Assembly (NCBI GenBank): GCA_052426225.1
Contig: JBNJNM010000022.1
Span: 62,001 to 126,000, forward strand
From: Zancudomyces culisetae HAW-14-8
Lineage: Eukaryota > Fungi > Kickxellomycota
Reading direction: 5' to 3'
DNA length: 64,000 nucleotides
Shown here: positions 1 through 11,046 of the stretch, piece by piece
Layout of the letters: each line of letters starts with the position of its first letter
How positions within the stretch are numbered: position 1 is the stretch's first letter
Notes under the pieces: model-generated
Seen by the model: only the letters and a program-made list of their open reading frames with translations
Databases searched by the model: none
Told to the model about the DNA's origin: nothing
Position numbers and translations under genes: made by a program

Positions 1-1146
1 CGCTCTGAATATTTTTTCAGAATCTTCATATTTTGCATTTATAAAGAGTTTCAAAGAGTCATAGGCATCTAACAGTCCCTGAATCTCCTTTTTTTGATAT
101 TGTGGGTATTCCTGCTTTTCACTTCCCATTGTTGGCTTTCTAGCACCCCCATAATTTTCCTCTCTTGTTTGTTTTCTTTTTGACTGGACGCCCTCCAGGC
201 ACGTTACATCATTACTATCATCTCTTGTATAGGCCAAACTTTTTTGTGTGTTTTGTACTGTCATACCCACTGGTTTTACACCATCGAGTACGCCATTATA
301 CGTATTAGTAGGAATATTTATACTGTTACTTTGCAACCCGATCTCAGACTCTTTGTCTATAATCGTTTCGCTTCCTACGTTTGACTCAGCATTATCACTG
401 TGTTCCCTATCAATCTTGGCTAGACCATTTTCCCCCTCTTGATACCTCTTCACTTCAGTTGCTTCACTCACGCTCTTGTCTAGTATACCGCCCGCATTTT
501 GAGGTACGACCTTTATATCGTCAGTATGTAGTTCGTTACTTTCCCCTGTTTTTTTAAACCCATTTTCAAACGACTTATTGGTTGCCAGCGTTATGCTATC
601 CCTTTTATTTTTTTTGGATGTGATTAAACTTTGTTTCTTTGCAATATTTTTCCTTTTGACTATTTCTGTGTCTGTACAGTTTCCCGAAATATCCATCACT
701 TCTACATGCCCCTTTTTACTTTTTCGTTTGTAAAAATCGCGGAACCTACTACTCTTTTTATAGACATCATTATCTTTGCTTCTGTTCTCCCATGTTTCGT
801 TTGGATAATTTCCCTGGATCGGGTTCCGATCCGGTTCACCAGAAATTGTTCTTGTTAAGTCTCTATCAGAATGAGAGTGCAGTAAACTATGACTTTCCTG
901 TTGAAAATCATTACCAGTGTCGTCCTCGGTATAAACATTCCTGTCTTTCCTCTTAAATTTGCTCTTTATTTTTTCTTTAATGTCTTTTCCGCTCAACCCC
1001 TCTCTTTTTTTTATACTTTCACCTATATTACCGACCTCTTTGACTATCTTTGTCCTAATACTGAGGAATCTTGTTGTAAAAGTACTTCCTCTCCCTAATT
1101 TACCATCCCTTGCCACCCCTTCTGTCTCCATCTCAAAACTTGTCAT
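1..1146 (-). CDS. Partial gene running off the window start: long charged low-complexity N-terminus, then the possible start of an Iml2/TTC39-like TPR domain
   Basis: Minus-strand frame open from ATG 1146 (MTSFEMETEG...) to position 1, with an in-frame TAA upstream at 1200-1198. The last residues LLDAYDSLKLFINAKYEDSEKIFRA resemble the first helix of Iml2/TTC39. Probable 5'UTR intron (GTTAGT near 1314, TACTGAC branch site, AG near 1206). Confidence 0.6.
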   Translation of the reverse strand, partial: MTSFEMETEGVARDGKLGRGSTFTTRFLSIRTKIVKEVGNIGESIKKREGLSGKDIKEKIKSKFKRKDRNVYTEDDTGNDFQQESHSLLHSHSDRDLTRTISGEPDRNPIQGNYPNETWENRSKDNDVYKKSSRFRDFYKRKSKKGHVEVMDISGNCTDTEIVKRKNIAKKQSLITSKKNKRDSITLATNKSFENGFKKTGESNELHTDDIKVVPQNAGGILDKSVSEATEVKRYQEGENGLAKIDREHSDNAESNVGSETIIDKESEIGLQSNSINIPTNTYNGVLDGVKPVGMTVQNTQKSLAYTRDDSNDVTCLEGVQSKRKQTREENYGGARKPTMGSEKQEYPQYQKKEIQGLLDAYDSLKLFINAKYEDSEKIFRA

Positions 1147-4100
1147 TCTACTTTTCTCTGATATTTGTCGAATTTGCTCTATCTTTTCAAGCAATTGTTA
1201 ATAGCTATCTTAGCCTCTCGTGTTTATGTCAGTATATATATAGTGTTTATACGCTTAGAAAGTATTCGGTTGTGCTCAATAGCTACAGTCAAAAAAAAAT
1301 AAGCATAAACTAACCCTGAATCCCACCACTATGCTATGAATTATATGTCTCAATATTTAATACTCGCAGAAACTTGCTGTTTAATTCCCCAAATCTCTCC
1401 AATAATTACTAAAATCCCCAATTTTATCCTCTCTTTAGCTGAAATAACTCGAGTGCAAAACTATGAGACAAAAATATAGCGGTATTTTTTTGCTGATTTC
1501 AAAGCATCCCATTAAATGAATGGCAGGCGCGTTATTACTAGGAAGAAAATTTTGTATTCATGAAAAATCGAAACCGCAATTCTGTAAATTCGGCAGTATA
1601 TTTCCTGTGTACCCCCCACTATACTCAAATATATAGTAGTATATCTCTTTACTTTTGTTTTTTTCCCTGTATAGCTCTAACAATGTTGATAATTCATCAA
1701 GAAATTTATGGAAATGTATCTTTTTTGCTACTCATTTTTTATGTCCCTTAAATCGATGTGTTCAAATAAAATCCCCCCCCTTCTCCAATCAAACAATTTG
1801 CGTTTTGTTTTGGGCTAATCGCACTTTTTTGGTTAGGTTATTTTGTCTCATTACACTCCACTTTACTCTCGATTCTATTCGCTAATTTTGAAATTTTAAA
1901 ATTTCAAAATTATATTACTGACTATTGGTCAATGCGATTCATTTCATGCAGATGCAAGTTCGCCAAATTATTCCGAATTTGGGTATTAGCAAAAATATAA
2001 AAATATAACAAAAAATGTGTATATAAATACGCAAGTATTTATAGTAGGCAAATAGAACTGGACTAAAAAAATTGCTATTCTAGCTAAAATTGTTTTATCT
2101 GTTCTAAAAGTGGTAGTTGTCACAAAAACGGCTTGAAAGATGCTTTCCCATATCCTAGCTTTACAATCATTTATATTATTCGGCCTGTAAATACTATTGA
2201 ATAAATGAGCGATTATCCTCAATCTACATTCTCGGTTCCATTAAGTACTACACTCCCGAGACCAACCATCGAATTTTCTAATAAAGTGTGCCTATACCAG
2301 CAACAGTTTTTCATTCCTTTGTATGTTAGTGAAAAAAAAAAACTATTTGCCGCCAAAGCAAATTTCCTGTGAATTAGCGTACACAATACAATTTCCATAT
2401 GTGTGGTTGTCTTGATGAATCGTGGTACCTCTTCCTGTTTAGCTTTAAAACTTTATTTTTCAACAACATGTGATATGGTTCAAACTTTGAAAAAATCTTA
2501 ATAGCTATACAATCAAAAAAATATTTCAACTTGTATAGAATGTTGTTCAGAAACCAACACCACGCTATTATTCGCATACCTTATTTGATAGCATTGTAAA
2601 GAACTGTCAAAAGTCTTCTGTTTAATGGGTAATGCCTGAAAAATAATTGAACTTTATGAACAATATCTGGCTTTATTTAAAGCTAACCATAAGTTTGGTA
2701 ATTAATATCTCAAATTATCTATGATAATCCTGCTGGAAAGTACAATAATATCATACAGTTTATCCTGATCTACCATATCTACCAATCCAGTAAGAGTGAA
2801 TGGGGGTATCTTTTGAATTTGTATAGGAAAATCAGTAATTAAAATAAACGCCTCAACATACTGAAATTCCAATTAAATTCTGTTTACTGCTAAACCGCTG
2901 TACTGATCGTCAAATCATACCTTTTTTGTATGAGTGTTTCAGAGTTTTTTGCTGGTAAAAAGACATAAAACCCTCTTTGCACACTTGTGAGCTTTGAAAG
3001 AAAGGATGTTTAAAATCGTAACAAGACAATGCATAGATGTACTGTAACCCATACAGTTTATCTAACATCTGTTGATTTGCTGGTATTGATTCATAACAGT
3101 ATTTTATTCGAATTTTGTAGGATTGACCATTTAAGAGAAAATCATTTAAGATACGAGCAAAAAAATCGTTTTATATGACCTGGCATATCTGGTGACTTTT
3201 CAACAATATTCACTATAGTTTTCAAGAAAAACTGTCTTTATCTTCCCATCACTCCTTCCCCTTGCCCTTCACCCTACGTTGAAATTAAAACCTTTATTAC
3301 AGATGTCTAGCCAAAACGCTTGAATACCTATCTATACATCTTGTTAAGGAAGTGTAGTACGCAAAGCCATAGGGCCGGCAATCATGGGCTACAAGCTTTT
3401 TTTATTCTAAACTTTATTTCTAACCTTATGGAAACACCACTTGTTCCTGTGGTGTATAAAGGCAAAAACAACAACTGCCATTTCTAGAATATATTTAGAT
3501 TATCTCCACAGCCAGTAGCTGCTATCAGTTAATCCTTGATAAGAAAACATCACGTAATGTAGTTCTAATGGTGGCTAAAACTCATCACAAAACCAAATAT
3601 ACTTCAGAATGCTTAATTTTTTGTGCTCGATTCCGTATTTAATTAATACTTACTACCATATGAATAGGGGTTTAGCATTCTCATTATTGAATTTTTTTTA
3701 ATCGAGCCAGAAATTATTTAAAAGTATACTAAAATTTCTAAAATTTCTAATATTTCCAATAGCACCTTTGCTGCCTTAAGAATGTTGGGTTGTGAGAAAA
3801 CACTAAGGCTCATCAAATCCGTCTAAAACACTTTCACCCTATCTAAATGAGGTAATTAGGCGGTTATGCTCATATAAAATGTTTTTTGGTCCGGCAGTAA
3901 AGTGAATAAGCAAACCTAGAAATCGTTCATGATCCCTATTCTCCCTCCAACGTTTTTAAACAATGCAAACTCTGCTTTCTGAAATAAAGTTTAAATTACA
4001 AAGATGAATAATTGTCTATCCTGTTAAAAAAAGTATGGGGAACGAGTAACACAGGTAATTCTAGTCGAATAATTATGAATCTGTATTCTCGGTGATAAAT

Positions 4101-6044
4101 GCTATTTTTCAGCCACCAGGAGACGTAATGAATTCTAGCCAAGTACCTGTGGTGGTTTATTAGATTGTAGCTTTGCTACTTTTACGAGCCATTTTATCTT
4201 CAACTATAAATCGCTTATACTAAATAGTCAAATACTAAAAGCCGCATCCCCAAAATACCCTTATTTTTTTTTGTGATAATTGAGAACCAGATAGACCATC
4301 AACCTCAATTAAAATGTGAAATCATCGTTTCTTGTGTTAATTACATTTCTGATGGAGTTGCAAAAAATCTGAAATAGAAGTGTTATCGTGACTATAGTAT
4401 CCAGGTGATTTTGTTGAAGCCTAATTGAGATGAGCGTGTGTTAAACGAAGCTATAGTGGGTATTACTGCTTTGCCACATATCAATAAAAAAAGTTCTTTA
4501 CAAAATGAATGTCTTTTACTTTTTTTTTATACATCAAACGGATACTAAATAAGTGAGGGGTATCAAGTCATTACAATCTGCATCGTAAGCATCCTACAGG
4601 TGATTTAAGGTGGGTATGCAGAAGATAGAATCTTGATCAACAACTATCAACAATTTGCAACTCCGTTTCATTGAGGATTATATTATTCAGGTTTTTATAA
4701 CAATTGGCATCTTTAAATAGCAGGGAAAAGAAGTATTGTGCTAGTACAATAGATGCTACAGCCCATTTGATTCTTATTTTTTTTGTTTGTTTAAAAGGGA
4801 CGAGATGATTAGTTTTGTCTTTAAGAATAAAAGGAAAACAATGGTTATAGCTTCCGTGCTAAAACCAAAAACGTAAGAGATTTTAACCTGATTGCCAAAC
4901 TTAATTTTACTCACACAAGCGATTGCAAATCATAGGCAATTCTAATTATATGCAAAGTTAATCAATAAGCAGAATTTGCATTTGAAAATCGAAACCCCCC
5001 ATCGTTTATGGGCAATTGGGATTTGTTTTATGATTTTTGTCAAAAAGAGTTGCTAGGAAAAATGAAGATTTACAGCTAGAATAATTTGCAAAAAAAAATT
5101 GGCCAAAATTTACCTGCAAATTTGGTTAAATCTCCAGGATCTATGGTTTTCATTTTGAGTAAATGGAGTAAAAGCAGCAAATACTAACATATGAATTCAC
5201 AGTAAAGCTGAAAACCTATTCAGGAAAGGGTAAATTTACTGAGGGAGAGAGAAGTGAGGGGGGAGGGTGTGTACTTAATGAATAATCACTGATATTCATG
5301 AAAAATATTATTTTATCGTCGCAAAGTTGTGAATTACTACATGTTTGTAAAGTAAATTGAAATTAGAAAGCAAAGTATACTCTTAAATACTAAAAGCCTT
5401 TATATTTTGTCTTGACAATACAGAAAAAGAACGTATATAAATTTTAGTAAGGGACTTTTTGTAAAACAGTATAGCTTCTTTGCATTCGAATATAACTGAT
5501 TCCACCTGTTTATACATTTTACTACTTTGGCTTTTGTGCTTGTATAACCGCTATAACTACCGATTTTGCATTATCTACCTGTTGTTACATCCTTTAATCA
5601 ATAGTATAAAAAGAGAAACACCCCTTTTAATACCACCCGAAACTACGTAACGCCCTCCAATTCAAATTTTTGTATAAACTCAAAAAAGTATCCATTTTTT
5701 TGTGTTATTTAAATTGGTACCGAGTTGAAGACAACAAACAAGTTGATGTTAGTACCTACTCAAAATACTATCACTAAGAATTTTGAAAAGGAGATATAAA
5801 GAAACCCCCCCCCCCCCCTCATAGTAAGTATTGATTGATTTTTGTGGTATTGTACTTTTTATTTCCTAGGGAACAGCGTGCAGAATGATATTGACAATGA
5901 TATACAACTATAACGAATACCTTTTTACACCATAAATAGCTAGACGTAAAAGAAAGAGTTAATTCAACCCACCATTATATATACGCATCCCAGTATTACG
6001 CATCGCTTTTTACATCTACTTTTACTTTTTCCCATACAAGAATA

Positions 6045-7565
6045 ATGTTTCGCCCAAAGCAAGAAAATAACTATAACCTAAGCTATGACGATTTACTATT
6101 GGGTAAAGCACCGCTAGATCAGAGCAATTTATACAATCACTTGTCAAAACAAAAGATAAACGGAAACGAAACAACATATATGAACGCAATGAAGTGTGTA
6201 ACACCTCCAGACCTACAGTACATAGATATAAACAGAGCTTTAGCTGGAAAGCAGATTCAAGACGATATTTTACGTGCAAGAAAATTGGAATATATTGCTG
6301 AGCGAACCGGTAACGGACTGAATGCACCAGTAGAGTTTTGTGGAAATAATGCGCTCTATACTAGTGGTGAGCGATTACAGAATAATGGACCACTAGCCTT
6401 TGGACAAGCCATCTTGGGGGATGTAAACCAAACTTATATTCATCCATACATACATGGAATAGATGTAAGTCAATTACAGGGGAGCTACTATGATGACACT
6501 ATGTTCTACAATGGAATGATCTATGGAAAAAAGCGAGATCATGACCCAAAGGCAAAAAGGACGCCAAGACCACCCAATGCATTTATTCTTTACAGAAAAG
6601 ACAGACAGGCTGCAGTGATAAAAAACAACCCAGGTGTTTCTAACAAAGAAATATCATGTATCATAGGCAAGATGTGGAGAGATGAGCCCGAGTCAGTAAA
6701 GGATAAATACAAAGAGAACGCAGAAAATGAAAAAAAGAAGCACAGAAAACTTTATCCAGATTACAAGTACCAGCCAAGAAAATCAAAAAAACTTTGCAAA
6801 ACCGAGCAAGAAATGCGAAACAAAAATGCAAAAATGCTTGCTGAGCAAATGAACACAAAGGGGTTTTTAATGGAGGACGGATTTCCAGAGTATAACCAGC
6901 TACTTTACAATGCTAGGGAGTTTGAAGATTATACTAGTTGTAGCCTTGGTACCTCTGCTGCATCACCCATTGCTCAAAATGTTTCTCAAACCGAATTTAT
7001 AAACAACATTTTTACCAGTAGTCAACAACAACAACAACAACAACAACAGCAACAGCAACAACAGCAACAGCAACAGCAACAGCAGTTACGAAAACAAAAC
7101 CCGTATATCAACAACGAATATCCTACAAACCTGCAGCAGAGCCTTCAATATAACCCTACACATATTGAAACAATGGGAGTTGTCAACTCTGCAGGCGGAG
7201 TCAATTTTTTAGGCACAGATATGTCAAGTATCAATGACATCACTGAAAAAAAGTTGCAAAACACACATTCTTCGTCTGATCTGAGTTTCCAAAATACCAA
7301 CCAGCTGGGGCGGTTAAATGGCCTCTTTGAATATCCAGAAATTTCACTCTTCGGAGAAGATGGGAGTGGTCTGGCAAAACCAGAGAGAGAAGATTCAGAG
7401 GATTCTATAGTACTTGATGAAAAAAACATAAAGATAGAACAAGACCAAAGCAAGACATTTCAACCCGTGAAGAACATGCTTGACCAATTCAACTCTCAGA
7501 GTTTAATAGACGGTTCTCAGTTTGCCATTCCTATTTTTTTGGAAAACGCAAACTCATTCAAATAA
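6045..7565 (+). CDS. MATA_HMG-box (Rox1/Mat-Mc/SexM-like) transcription factor with polyQ tract
   Basis: Single sequence-specific HMG box (RTPRPPNAFILYRK...ISCIIGKMWRDE...YPDYKYQPRK), ~21-residue polyQ, intronless 506-aa ORF. Confidence 0.9.
   Translation: MFRPKQENNYNLSYDDLLLGKAPLDQSNLYNHLSKQKINGNETTYMNAMKCVTPPDLQYIDINRALAGKQIQDDILRARKLEYIAERTGNGLNAPVEFCGNNALYTSGERLQNNGPLAFGQAILGDVNQTYIHPYIHGIDVSQLQGSYYDDTMFYNGMIYGKKRDHDPKAKRTPRPPNAFILYRKDRQAAVIKNNPGVSNKEISCIIGKMWRDEPESVKDKYKENAENEKKKHRKLYPDYKYQPRKSKKLCKTEQEMRNKNAKMLAEQMNTKGFLMEDGFPEYNQLLYNAREFEDYTSCSLGTSAASPIAQNVSQTEFINNIFTSSQQQQQQQQQQQQQQQQQQQQQLRKQNPYINNEYPTNLQQSLQYNPTHIETMGVVNSAGGVNFLGTDMSSINDITEKKLQNTHSSSDLSFQNTNQLGRLNGLFEYPEISLFGEDGSGLAKPEREDSEDSIVLDEKNIKIEQDQSKTFQPVKNMLDQFNSQSLIDGSQFAIPIFLENANSFK
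7023..7085 (+). repeat. CAA/CAG trinucleotide repeat encoding polyQ
   Basis: Visible (CAA)n run followed by mixed CAA/CAG inside the HMG gene. Confidence 0.95.
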
Positions 7566-8168
7566 ATACCAAGTCCATTACATGTATTACCCTATTATTC
7601 CGCTTTTTTTTATTAACGAAAACCAATTTACGCACATTTACACCTACAATGATATTTTAATGATTTTATTATGTTGATTATTTATTATAAACGGACTGTT
7701 GCAGAAACAAATAAACACTTGAATTATATATCTCAAAAAATAAACAAAAATATCTCGTGAAACCTATGATCATTTGATAGCAAAAATGCGGATAAACTTA
7801 CTCGCGGTCTATTTTAAACATCCTTCGTTTGCTTAAACAATTTAGTTATGGCTATACCCCCACTAGTTCAATGTGAACTGACATATAGTCTCAGGAATAA
7901 AAAAACATGTGTGAAAGGATATATCAGAGATTCGTTGGGGATGAGGGGGGTCGCGAGCACTGGTTACTTTACTTGCAAGTGAAAAAAGGGCCACCACACT
8001 AATCCCTGATTGAACGGGACACAGCGAGATCCTTCAATAGAGTATGTCTAGCCAGGATAGTCTCATTAGATAACTCGGAACAGAAATGACATTTACCGAA
8101 CTTACACCCGGTGGGTACGAGGTCCCTAGAGGCATTGAGAGAGATTGGTTAGATGTGGTTGCATAGGG

Positions 8169-9088
8169 TTTTTTTTAGTTGCTTTATGTGGCATTTATTG
8201 AGCAAAATGCATTGATCAAAATAAATGTCACAAGCTTGGATGTCACAAGAAAGACGACAGTTATAAATATTTGAAGAACCGATCACTGTAGTGGAACATT
8301 CCGGCATTTGTAAAAATAGTGGGTATTGGCTGTTATTTGATTTTAATGCAGCATGCGAGAAATATTTGTTCTCAGGTTTATGTTCGGCTAGCTTTAAAAC
8401 CGCTATATTTTTTCATTAAGCCCAAGTCTTAAAACATATACATGTGTTTATAGCAGGAGCTTGGAGAGATATTAAATTACGTAAATCAAAAGAATCGGGG
8501 ATTAAATCCTCAACACTGCTCTATTTTCCACAATGTCAGGTATGAAGGGGGGTTTTTGGGTTATGCAAGTCTATCTATTGGGACTGTTAGTATATCCATA
8601 CCAAAACAAGCCCAAGCCAAGAAAACAAGAGTTAAACAGCTATGGCAAAAAAAAAGAGTATAAATATCGTTGGTTTCGAACGGATGAGTAGAAGAAAGAC
8701 AAGTTTCAGTGAAGCGACATAAAGTTGGTTATATATACACTAGAAATACAGAATAGATAATAGTAGGCAAGAAAAGAAAAGAAAAGAAAAGAAAAGAAAA
8801 GAAAACGAAAAATGTTTCAAACCACCAAGGATAAAACCCAAGAAGCAACTAAGGAGGCCCAGAATATGACTAAGAATGCTCAAAAGTCAGCCTGTGAAAC
8901 CAAAGACCAGCTTGCAGATAACGCCTGCAAGCTAGCTTCACAAGCAGAGTCAAAAATACAAGAAGCGACCAAGGGAGCCCAAAAGACAGCAGGAAACATT
9001 CAAGAGACAGCTAAAGAAAAAGCCCAAGAAGCAGTTAAGGGAGCTCAGGATATGGCCAAGAATATGCAAAAGTCAGCCTGTGAAGCCA
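8169..9088 (+). repeat. Direct duplication copy A (promoter plus first ~92 codons of the LEA-like gene)
   Basis: Near-identical to 9521-10435. Offset is 1352 bp in the promoter and 1347 bp after the AAAAG microsatellite, which has one unit fewer in copy B. Confidence 0.95.
8293..8302 (+). promoter_or_regulatory. Heat-shock-element-like inverted nGAAn pair, copy A
   Basis: gGAAcaTTCc. TATAAA near 8659 and AGGGG STRE-like motif near 8546 in the same promoter. Confidence 0.45.
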
Positions 9089-9117
9089 AGGAAAAAATTG
9101 CAGATAGTATGGGATAA
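8812..9117 (+). CDS. Small group-3 LEA-like hydrophilin (101 aa)
   Basis: A/K/E/Q/T-rich, nearly devoid of aromatic residues, 11/22-residue periodicity (KTQEATKEAQN, KIQEATKGAQK, KAQEAVKGAQD, TAKEKAQEA). Confidence 0.75.
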   Translation: MFQTTKDKTQEATKEAQNMTKNAQKSACETKDQLADNACKLASQAESKIQEATKGAQKTAGNIQETAKEKAQEAVKGAQDMAKNMQKSACEAKEKIADSMG

Positions 9118-9419
9118 CTGTAAAACTTTTTCAGTTCCCGTTTTAATAATTCTAATTATTTATTTTAGTTGCGTGGAAGAGGCCTTAGGTTTTCACGCTC
9201 CGAAAGGAGTTAGATTTCCTACAGATTTTAGTTTATTATAGTTTTATATATAGGTTATTTTGGAACCTAACAGAAAAGCCAGAAAAACGATTAAAAAGGT
9301 TCTGAATAGTACTTTATTAATATATTATTAGTCGAGATTCATTATTAAACAAGTAGTGAATAAAGGACATAAAAACATTCGATAGAAAACCAATTAACAG
9401 GGTTATAAACAACAGTAGC

Positions 9420-9520
9420 GCCAAGCTAGCATCACAATCAGAATCCAAAAGCCAAGAAGCAATTAAGGGGGCTCTAGGTGTGCCTAAGCATACCCAAAAG
9501 TCAGCCAGTGATGCCAAGAA
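9420..9520 (+). pseudogene. Diverged LEA-repeat fragment without a start codon
   Basis: Translates to AKLASQSESKSQEAIKGALGVPKHTQKSASDAK, homologous to the LEA repeat unit, and ends at the left junction of duplication copy B. Confidence 0.75.
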
Positions 9521-10435
9521 TTTTTTTTAGCTGCTTTATGTGGCATTTATTGAGCAAAATGCATTGATCAAAATAAATGTCACAAGCTTGGATGTCACAA
9601 GAAAGACGACAGTTATAAATATTTGAAGAACCGATCACTGTAGTGGAACATTCCGGCATTTGTAAAAATAGTGGGTATTGGCTGTTATTTGATTTTAATG
9701 CAGCATGCGAGAAATATTTGTTCTCAGGTTTATGTTCGGCTAGCTTTAAAACCGCTATATTTTTTCATTAAGCCCAAGTCTTAAAACATATACATGTGTT
9801 TATAGCAGGAGCTTGGAGAGATATTAAATTACGTAAATCAAAAGAATCGGGGATTAAATCCTCAACACTGCTCTATTTTCCACAATGTCAGGTATGAAGG
9901 GGGGTTTTTGGGTTATGCAAGTCTATCTATTGGGACTGTTAGTATATCCATACCAAAACAAGCCCAAGCCAAGAAAACAAGAGTTAAACAGCTATGGCAA
10001 AAAAAAAGAGTATAAATATCGTTGGTTTCGAACGGATGAGTAGAAGAAAGACAAGTTTCAGTGAAGCGACATAAAGTTGGTTATATATACACTAGAAATA
10101 CAGAATAGATAATAGTAGGCAAGAAAAGAAAAGAAAAGAAAAGAAAAGAAAACGAAAAATGTTTCAAACCACCAAGGATAAAACCCAAGAAGCAACTAAG
10201 GAGGCCCAGAATATGACTAAGAATGCTCAAAAGTCAGCCTGTGAAACCAAAGACCAGCTTGCAGATAACGCCTGCAAGCTAGCTTCACAAGCAGAGTCAA
10301 AAATACAAGAAGCGACCGAGGGAGCCCAAAAGACAACTGAAAATATTCAAGAGACAGCTAAAGAAAAAGCCCAAGAAGCAGTTAAGGGAGCTCAGGATAT
10401 GGCCAAGAACGCCCAAAAGTCAGCCTGTGAGGCCA
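9521..10435 (+). repeat. Direct duplication copy B
   Basis: Near-identical to 8169-9088. Confidence 0.95.
9645..9654 (+). promoter_or_regulatory. Heat-shock-element-like inverted nGAAn pair, copy B
   Basis: gGAAcaTTCc upstream of the LEA-sHSP gene. Confidence 0.45.
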
Positions 10436-11046
10436 GAGACCAGGTTGTAGATGATGTCTCTGAGCTAACGCCACAATCAGACTCCAAAAAATCATCATTT
10501 GGTAGCTCGTTGCGCGAGTACTTTGATCCTTTTGAGCGCCAACTAACTGTTTTACGTAGTAGATTTGATACAGAGTTAAATGACCTAGTCCATCAAACGC
10601 GATGTGGAATAGAAAAAATAAGAGGAAGTATGTCTGGTGAAGGTGATGGTAGTGACAAATCTGGTGGTGAGGAGCAGGCTGAATACCGCTTGCTAGGAAC
10701 AAAAATCATGGACAAGCTCTGGAAACCGCGTGTGGATATAAGAGAGAGTTCCAATAAGATTCTGGTTCAGGCAGAGCTACCAGGTATTCCAAGGGATAAA
10801 GTGGAGGCAAAAGTGGAAAAGGGCCTATTATGCATCAAAGGCACAAAATTAGTAGAGAAGCTGACCGAAGGGGAAGGTAGAAGAGTCCAGGAGCGTTCGT
10901 GTGGTAGGTTTGAGCGCTCTTTTTCGCTTCCAAAGAATATTGATGCGGCTAATATAAAGGCTAATATGAATAATGGCGTGTTGGAAATTGAAATACCACT
11001 TTTAAAAACCGCTCCGGATGAACAAGTCTCGATTACAATCTACTAG
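10159..11046 (+). CDS. LEA-like repeat region fused to a small heat-shock protein (HSP20/alpha-crystallin domain)
   Basis: Residues 1-~110 are LEA repeats, followed by an FDPF motif, the alpha-crystallin domain (WKPRVDIRE...AELPG...ERSCGRFERSFSLP...IKANMNNGVLEIEIP) and a C-terminal I-x-I motif (ITI). Confidence 0.9.
   Translation: MFQTTKDKTQEATKEAQNMTKNAQKSACETKDQLADNACKLASQAESKIQEATEGAQKTTENIQETAKEKAQEAVKGAQDMAKNAQKSACEARDQVVDDVSELTPQSDSKKSSFGSSLREYFDPFERQLTVLRSRFDTELNDLVHQTRCGIEKIRGSMSGEGDGSDKSGGEEQAEYRLLGTKIMDKLWKPRVDIRESSNKILVQAELPGIPRDKVEAKVEKGLLCIKGTKLVEKLTEGEGRRVQERSCGRFERSFSLPKNIDAANIKANMNNGVLEIEIPLLKTAPDEQVSITIY

Noticed and set aside
4352-4666. Inverted repeat GGAGTTGCAAA / TTTGCAACTCC about 300 bp apart, considered as a MITE
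   Set aside because: No target-site duplication and no second copy in the window.
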